Positions 44,968 to 49,915 of a stretch of 49,915 nt of DNA are shown piece after piece; the first letter of the stretch is position 1; each line of letters opens with the position of its first letter. This DNA is from Acidimicrobiia bacterium (GTDB lineage: Bacteria; Actinomycetota; Acidimicrobiia; Spongiisociales; SHLN01), in NCBI GenBank assembly GCA_041619515.1, contig JBFKDW010000010.1, forward strand, positions 1 through 49,915, read 5' to 3'. Position numbers and translations under genes: made by a program. The notes beneath the pieces were generated by a model. The model made no database searches, was not told where the DNA came from, and worked only from the letters and a program-made list of their open reading frames with translations.

Positions 44968-45702
44968 ATGATGCCGGATTCGATCGAGCTGGAGCGCACG
45001 GACTGGGGCGACGGTGATCGAGACTTCCTAATAGTCCACGGGCTTGGCTCCAATGCAGCCGGATGGTGGCGGGTCGGCCCGGCGCTGGCTGCAGCCGGCT
45101 TCCGTGTGACGGCGGTCGATCTGCGAGGCCACGGCGCCAGCGACAGCCCCGGCGACTACAGCATCAACGCCTATGCGGCCGACCTTCTTGCGCTGCGTGA
45201 TTCCTGGGACGTCGTGCTCGGGCATTCCCTCGGTGGGGCGGCAGTAGTGCAGGCACTCACCGAGCGGCCGGAATGGGCGCGGCAGGTGATTCTCGAAGAC
45301 CCGCTGCTCGTCATCCTCGACCAGGACATCGCCCTCGAATACGTGACCGCCGACCTCGGTCCGGGCGTCACCCTCGAGCAGGTGGCCGCTGCCAACCCGA
45401 CCTGGCACCCGGAGGACGCCCGCATCAAGCTGGATGCACAGAACCAGGCGGGCCGGGAGGTCATCGAGCACTCCATCACCCACAACCCCGGGTGGAACGT
45501 GGTCGCCGCCGTGGCAGCGTTGCCGATGCCGACCCTGCTCCTCGGAGCCGACCTCGACCCACTCGTACCCCCGGCGCTGGGAGTGAGCCTCGCCGAGATG
45601 AACCCGAATATCGAGTTTCATACCGTCCCGAGCTCTTCGCACTCCATGCACCGCGACGAGTACGACGCCTTCATGGGGCGCGTGCTGGAGTTCGTCACCT
45701 AG
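44968..45702 (+). CDS. Alpha/beta hydrolase
   Basis: VHGLGS, DLRGHGAS, GHSLGG nucleophile elbow, C-terminal His (SHSMH). Confidence 0.9.
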   Translation: MMPDSIELERTDWGDGDRDFLIVHGLGSNAAGWWRVGPALAAAGFRVTAVDLRGHGASDSPGDYSINAYAADLLALRDSWDVVLGHSLGGAAVVQALTERPEWARQVILEDPLLVILDQDIALEYVTADLGPGVTLEQVAAANPTWHPEDARIKLDAQNQAGREVIEHSITHNPGWNVVAAVAALPMPTLLLGADLDPLVPPALGVSLAEMNPNIEFHTVPSSSHSMHRDEYDAFMGRVLEFVT

Positions 45703-45767
45703 CGGCGGCCCTCTCGCCCAGGGATCAACCCCTTGAACCGCGCAGTCGCGTCCCATACCTTGCTCCC

Positions 45768-46619
45768 GTGGCAGACGACGAGATGCCGGTCGACGAGGAG
45801 CACTTCGAATCCATTCCGTGGAGTGCGCTCATCCCGCAGGAACGTGATCGACCGTGGATGGTGTACGTTGCCGCGGCGTCGCTCGTGGCACTGATGGTGG
45901 GCGTGCTGGCTGCTCGCAGTCTTCGCACCACGTCGCCCGGAACCGGGCCGGAGGCCGCGCCCGCCCCGGTGGTGCCCGCCACCACGCCGGTGGCGCCTCC
46001 AGCTTCGGTGCCGCCGATGTCCGAGGCCGATCTGCTGGCGGAACTGCAGCCCGGCGACCAGGGCCCGGAATCAGCTGCCATGCGCGCAGAGTGGTTTGTC
46101 ACCGACTATTTCACCGAGGATGGGGCCGGTGGGCGGGAGTCGGAGCTCGCAGCCGCCCTGGGACGCCCGGCGCCCGCGGCCCGGCTGGATGCCACCACGT
46201 ACGTTGAGTGGGCCCGTGCCTGGGACGTCGTCTCCGAAGGAGATGGTCGGTTTCGCGTGCTGGTGGCGTTTCGCTCCATCACCGCCACCGATGCCGGCTT
46301 TCGGCGCGGCCTGGTCCGGGGGGTTGCGGTTCGGGTCCGGGTCGACACCAACGGCGGGACGCGTGTGGTCGAGGTCCCGGAGCCCGCCGAGCTGCCGGCC
46401 GCTCCGGCGCCGGCAGGCCCGCCCGATCCGGTGACGCTCCCGGCCGAGGTCGGCCGCCGGGCCCTCGAGTCGGCGTCGGTCTGGGACGGTGAGGCCACGG
46501 TTGTGGAGGGCTCGCACGACGACGGCGTCTGGCGGGTTCGCATCGACGTTGTCGACGAAGCCGGCAGTGTGTGGCCGATGGTCGTGTGGGTGGAGGACCC
46601 CGGCAATCGAGTGCCGTGA
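45768..46619 (+). CDS. Hypothetical single-TM protein with Pro-rich linker and extracytoplasmic domain
   Basis: Acidic N-terminus, TM segment WMVYVAAASLVALMVGVLAA, Pro/Ala linker, globular C-terminus; TACCTT 6 nt before the GTG. Confidence 0.7.
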   Translation: MADDEMPVDEEHFESIPWSALIPQERDRPWMVYVAAASLVALMVGVLAARSLRTTSPGTGPEAAPAPVVPATTPVAPPASVPPMSEADLLAELQPGDQGPESAAMRAEWFVTDYFTEDGAGGRESELAAALGRPAPAARLDATTYVEWARAWDVVSEGDGRFRVLVAFRSITATDAGFRRGLVRGVAVRVRVDTNGGTRVVEVPEPAELPAAPAPAGPPDPVTLPAEVGRRALESASVWDGEATVVEGSHDDGVWRVRIDVVDEAGSVWPMVVWVEDPGNRVP

Positions 46620-46629
46620 GCTGTGGACG

Positions 46630-46845
46630 CGCACGAGCCCCGGCGGGGGACGTGGGTGGCCCAAGCCCCGGCCGCTGGCCGGTTTCCCGGTCGGCGGCCG
46701 TTGGGTCTTGGTCCGGTGAAGGCGCGAGGCCTTCGGTTGAGGTCTTGCGACCCCTGTGCAATCGTCGGCTGCCGTGGCCCGATTCCGACGGGACACCGTG
46801 GTGCCTCGACGTTTCGTCTCCTGGTCCTCTCGACCGCACAGGAGC
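46630..46845 (-). ncRNA. Candidate structured small RNA of unassigned family
   Basis: Dense helices; 12-bp helix (46831-46842 with 46753-46764) that has G-U pairs only on the minus strand; GCAA and GAAA tetraloops on the minus strand; no downstream minus-strand gene. Boundaries approximate. Confidence 0.55.
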
Positions 46846-46923
46846 TATCGGTAGCGGCGAATAAATCTTGAGCCTGCGGTTCTGTGACTCAATGGTGGGT
46901 GTCTCGTCGCTACCCTCTGGCGA

Positions 46924-47610
46924 ATGTGGAGAGACCTCATTGTCGACCTCGACCTTCCGCCCGCCGGGGAGATACTCCTGGTAGGAGAAGACGTCGCAGA
47001 TATCGATCTTCCCGTTGGCACCGGCCGGCGGTTCGACAACGGTCAGGTGGCGCTGGTCACCAGGGGCGATCCACCGCCCGAAGACGCCAGGCCGTCGGCT
47101 ACCGGGCTGGCCGCCAACAGTCTCGATCTGGCGGTTCTGCGCGACGCGGCGGGCTCGGTGACCCATCTCCGCAGCTTGCTCGCCGAGATCTACCGGGTCC
47201 TCAAGCCGGGTGGTGGACTGCTCTTGACTGAGTTCGACGCCGCCACACTGCTGGACTCGCGTCCCCAGCAATACCCCCAGTTGCTCCTGTCGACGATGTA
47301 CCCGCGGGTTGCCCGGTACCTACTCGACCGTCATCCGCGCCAGATGGACATCGGAATGGGCCTGGTGAAGGCCGGCTTCAGGGACGGCGACTCCTACAGC
47401 CTCGACTTTCCGCTCGGCCATTTCCGCGACTACCAGGCATACGCCGATTCGGTCGCAGTGGAGGGATGGCGCGGCATGGAGCTGCTGTCAGCCGAAGAGC
47501 TCGACGACCTGCTCGACCGGCTTCCCGAGCTGATGAAAGCAGTGGCTCCCGCCGGAGAGTTCGACGACGTCGAGCCGGTCACCGTCGCCAGAGCGTACAA
47601 GCCGGTTTAG
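46924..47610 (+). CDS. Class I SAM-methyltransferase-like protein with degenerate motif I
   Basis: LAANSLDLAV...LAEIYRVLKPGGGLLLTE; no clear GxGxG; TACCCT 7 nt before the ATG. Confidence 0.7.
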   Translation: MWRDLIVDLDLPPAGEILLVGEDVADIDLPVGTGRRFDNGQVALVTRGDPPPEDARPSATGLAANSLDLAVLRDAAGSVTHLRSLLAEIYRVLKPGGGLLLTEFDAATLLDSRPQQYPQLLLSTMYPRVARYLLDRHPRQMDIGMGLVKAGFRDGDSYSLDFPLGHFRDYQAYADSVAVEGWRGMELLSAEELDDLLDRLPELMKAVAPAGEFDDVEPVTVARAYKPV

Positions 47611-47655
47611 GCTTCCCGGCCGCCCGCAGACCCCGCGAGGAAGTACGATTGCCCC

Positions 47656-47910
47656 ATGCCAGTCATCATCGAACAAACCCCGAACCCGAACGCCCTCAAA
47701 TTCACCGTCGGACAGGATGTCGGGGGACCGACGACGGTGGTGGCCGGCCAGGCGTCTGAGGACCCCACCGCTCAGGCCCTCGTTGATTTGCCGGGCGTGA
47801 CCAGCGTGTTCATGACCGCCGACTTTGTCACCCTGACCCGCGGCCCCGACGGCGATTGGGCCGCCATTGCCGAAGCTGCCAAGCAGATTCTCGAGGAGCG
47901 GTTCGGCTAG
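47656..47910 (+). CDS. NifU/Nfu N-terminal domain protein
   Basis: EQTPNPNALKF, LPGVTSVFMTADFVTLT, DW. Confidence 0.88.
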   Translation: MPVIIEQTPNPNALKFTVGQDVGGPTTVVAGQASEDPTAQALVDLPGVTSVFMTADFVTLTRGPDGDWAAIAEAAKQILEERFG

Positions 47911-47952
47911 CTCGCCGGGGCCGCAACCGGCCGGGCCGACTACCCTCCGTTC

Positions 47953-48951
47953 ATGCTCGATGCCCTGCAGCGCCCCGTCCGTGATCTACGGATTTCGGTT
48001 ACGGACCGGTGCAACTTCCGGTGTGGCTACTGCATGCCGAAGGAGATCTTCAACCGGGAGTACGCGTTCCTGAGCCGCGACCTCCTGCTGACCTTCGAAG
48101 AGATCAGCCGGGTCGCAGGCGTGCTGGCCGAGCGGGGGATCGAGAAGATCCGGCTCACCGGCGGCGAGCCGTTGCTGCGGGCCGAGATCGAGACCCTGGT
48201 CGGAATGCTGTCCGCCCTCGGAGACCTCGACCTCACGATCACCACCAACGGCTCGCTGCTGGCGCGCAAGGCGCACGCACTAGCAGCCGCCGGCCTCAGC
48301 CGGGTGACGGTCAGTCTCGATTCCCTCGACGACACGGTCTTCCGTGCCATGAACGACGTGGACTTCCCCGTCGGCAAAGTCCTCGATGGCATTGAGGCGG
48401 CGGCCGCAGCGGGTCTGGGACCGGTCAAAGTCAACGCGGTTGTCAAGCGCGGGGTGAACGACCATACCCTGGTCGACATGGCGAAGCATTTCCGCGGGAC
48501 CGGGCACATCCTTCGCTTCATCGAGTACATGGACGTGGGTGCAACCAACGGATGGCGCCTCGAAGACGTCGTGCCCGCCGCAGAGATCGTGAGCAGCATC
48601 GCCGCCGAGCTCCCGTGCGAGCCGGTGGAGGCGAACTACCAGGGCGAGGTGGCCCGCCGCTACCGCTATCTGGACGGGAGGGGCGAGTTCGGTGTCATCG
48701 CCTCGGTGACTCAGCCGTTCTGTGGGGCTTGTACGAGACTGCGGCTCTCCGCCGAGGGATCTCTCTACACCTGTTTGTTCGCCACCAAGGGTCACGACCT
48801 GCGGACCCTGCTGCGGTCCGGAGGGACCGACGCCGAGCTCGGCGCCCTCGTCGATGACGTGTGGAAAGGCAGGGCCGACCGTTACTCAGAAATCCGCTCT
48901 GCCCAAACCCGGGGTCTTCCCAAAGTCGAGATGAGCTACATCGGCGGGTAG
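47953..48951 (+). CDS. moaA: GTP 3',8-cyclase (molybdopterin biosynthesis)
   Basis: [61 protein letters not shown]. Confidence 0.97.
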   Translation: MLDALQRPVRDLRISVTDRCNFRCGYCMPKEIFNREYAFLSRDLLLTFEEISRVAGVLAERGIEKIRLTGGEPLLRAEIETLVGMLSALGDLDLTITTNGSLLARKAHALAAAGLSRVTVSLDSLDDTVFRAMNDVDFPVGKVLDGIEAAAAAGLGPVKVNAVVKRGVNDHTLVDMAKHFRGTGHILRFIEYMDVGATNGWRLEDVVPAAEIVSSIAAELPCEPVEANYQGEVARRYRYLDGRGEFGVIASVTQPFCGACTRLRLSAEGSLYTCLFATKGHDLRTLLRSGGTDAELGALVDDVWKGRADRYSEIRSAQTRGLPKVEMSYIGG

Positions 48952-48974
48952 GCGCCCAATTCTTGGCACCGGGC

Positions 48975-49841
48975 TCAGCTGGGGACGCGGGCACTGCGTC
49001 CGCTCCGCTTGCCCTGCTGCAGCCGGTAGTAGCGGACCACTGTGACTGCGACGATGGCTGCCCACAACGGGCTGAGGGTCGCCATGATCGGTCCGCCCAG
49101 GTAGACGACCCCGATCACGAGAGTGAGGAGGACGAGGCCCCGCCCGAATCGGAGACGGGACTCACTGAGGCTGCTCGATCGGTAGTCGGCCGTGCTCTGC
49201 GGGCGCCGGGTGTTGACGATGGCGAGAAATCCACCGACCGCAGTCACGCCCAGCATCACCCATTCACCCACGGTCGGTTGGCTCCATCCCGGTGGGTCGG
49301 CAAACGCAAAGCCTGCTGCGGTCGCCGCCACGATCATCGCCGTGGCAAACCAGAGGGTGCGGTCCGGTCCCGACGGCTGCGCATACCGGTCGGTGCCGAC
49401 TGCCAGGATCAGGCTGCCGAGGGCGGGCCAGGCTTCCGGCCGGGCGGCGAGATAGGCGGCCCCGGCCGTCAGGGCGATTCCGTCGATGACGTGCGGCGAG
49501 ATGCCCGTCGTCCGGACCGCAATCCGGGCCGCGAAGAGGCTCGCAACGCTGGCGGCAAGCGATGGCGGTCCGAGGATCGTGAACGGCACGACGATGAGGG
49601 TGGCGACCCCCGCCGACCCGGTGTCGTCGGGGTCAACCTCCCGTCCGATTGCCCAGGCCAGGAAGACGGCGGCGGCGATGCGAAACGACCACAGCCAGAT
49701 GTCGTCGGCACCCGTCGACCACCGCCATCCCAGAGTGCCGAGCCCGGCCAGGAAAGTGGCTACGAGGATGAAACGATTGGAGGGATGGCCGACATCGAGC
49801 GGTCGGCCCATCGCGGTCTTGATGCGAACTCGGCTCGGCAT
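48975..49841 (-). CDS. Hypothetical polytopic membrane protein
   Basis: Many hydrophobic helices; GRPLD..HPSNR and FLAWAIGREVDPD look like conserved motifs. Confidence 0.75.
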   Translation of the reverse strand: MPSRVRIKTAMGRPLDVGHPSNRFILVATFLAGLGTLGWRWSTGADDIWLWSFRIAAAVFLAWAIGREVDPDDTGSAGVATLIVVPFTILGPPSLAASVASLFAARIAVRTTGISPHVIDGIALTAGAAYLAARPEAWPALGSLILAVGTDRYAQPSGPDRTLWFATAMIVAATAAGFAFADPPGWSQPTVGEWVMLGVTAVGGFLAIVNTRRPQSTADYRSSSLSESRLRFGRGLVLLTLVIGVVYLGGPIMATLSPLWAAIVAVTVVRYYRLQQGKRSGRSARVPS

Positions 49842-49915
49842 GTGTGTCCTGGGCGCTTCCTGCGGTGGGCAGCCGGGCTCAAAATAGTACGAAAGGCTGC
49901 CGGGGCCCCGACTTC

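Noticed and set aside
46630..46850. Known riboswitch, tmRNA, RNase P, SRP or hammerhead ribozyme
   Set aside because: I could not find their diagnostic cores (for example GAGGAAAGUCC, CUGAnGA, tRNA-like ends), and no gene lies downstream on the folding strand.
46623..46871. 82-aa plus-strand ORF over the ncRNA candidate
   Set aside because: No RBS or motif and atypical composition; RNA structure on the opposite strand explains the region better. Not fully excluded.

Overview
GC-rich, gene-dense chromosomal window. The gene content and the many leaderless TANNNT promoters suggest an Actinomycetota organism, plausibly Acidimicrobiia (inference only). From left to right: a heliorhodopsin beside CMD, YczE, FMN-reductase and MarR genes; a divergent C5-dicarboxylate cluster (Meh, Mct | CitE-like lyase, Mcd-like acyl-CoA dehydrogenase, MmgE/PrpD, family III CoA transferase); an SDR-DUF2867 gene; an ALDH plus class-III aminotransferase operon; a ~9 kb respiratory block (Rieske protein, split b6-type cytochrome b, subunit IV fused to 7 CxxCH cytochrome c domains, ccmF-H-I-G, and a convergent hexaheme lipoprotein with a collagen-like stalk and DosR-like plus Rex/CRP-like boxes) bracketed by two copies of a 28-bp operator-like motif; an FAD oxidoreductase/cupin/aminotransferase/TetR operon; leuB; a rimB-like/rimK-RCK_C/M14 peptidase triad; a polyamine uptake and catabolism region (speB, GNAT, C45 Ntn-hydrolase, gabD, Lrp | gabT, potABCD, amidohydrolase); folB and a folK-folE fusion; a hydrolase; a candidate stand-alone structured ncRNA on the minus strand (~46.63-46.85 kb); a methyltransferase-like gene, Nfu_N and moaA. 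I saw no tRNA, rRNA, CRISPR array, integrase or transposase. The most promising leads are the multiheme Rieske/b6 module with its regulatory logic, the ncRNA candidate, and the methylsuccinate/mesaconate pathway variant. All family assignments are by motif recognition, with no database search.
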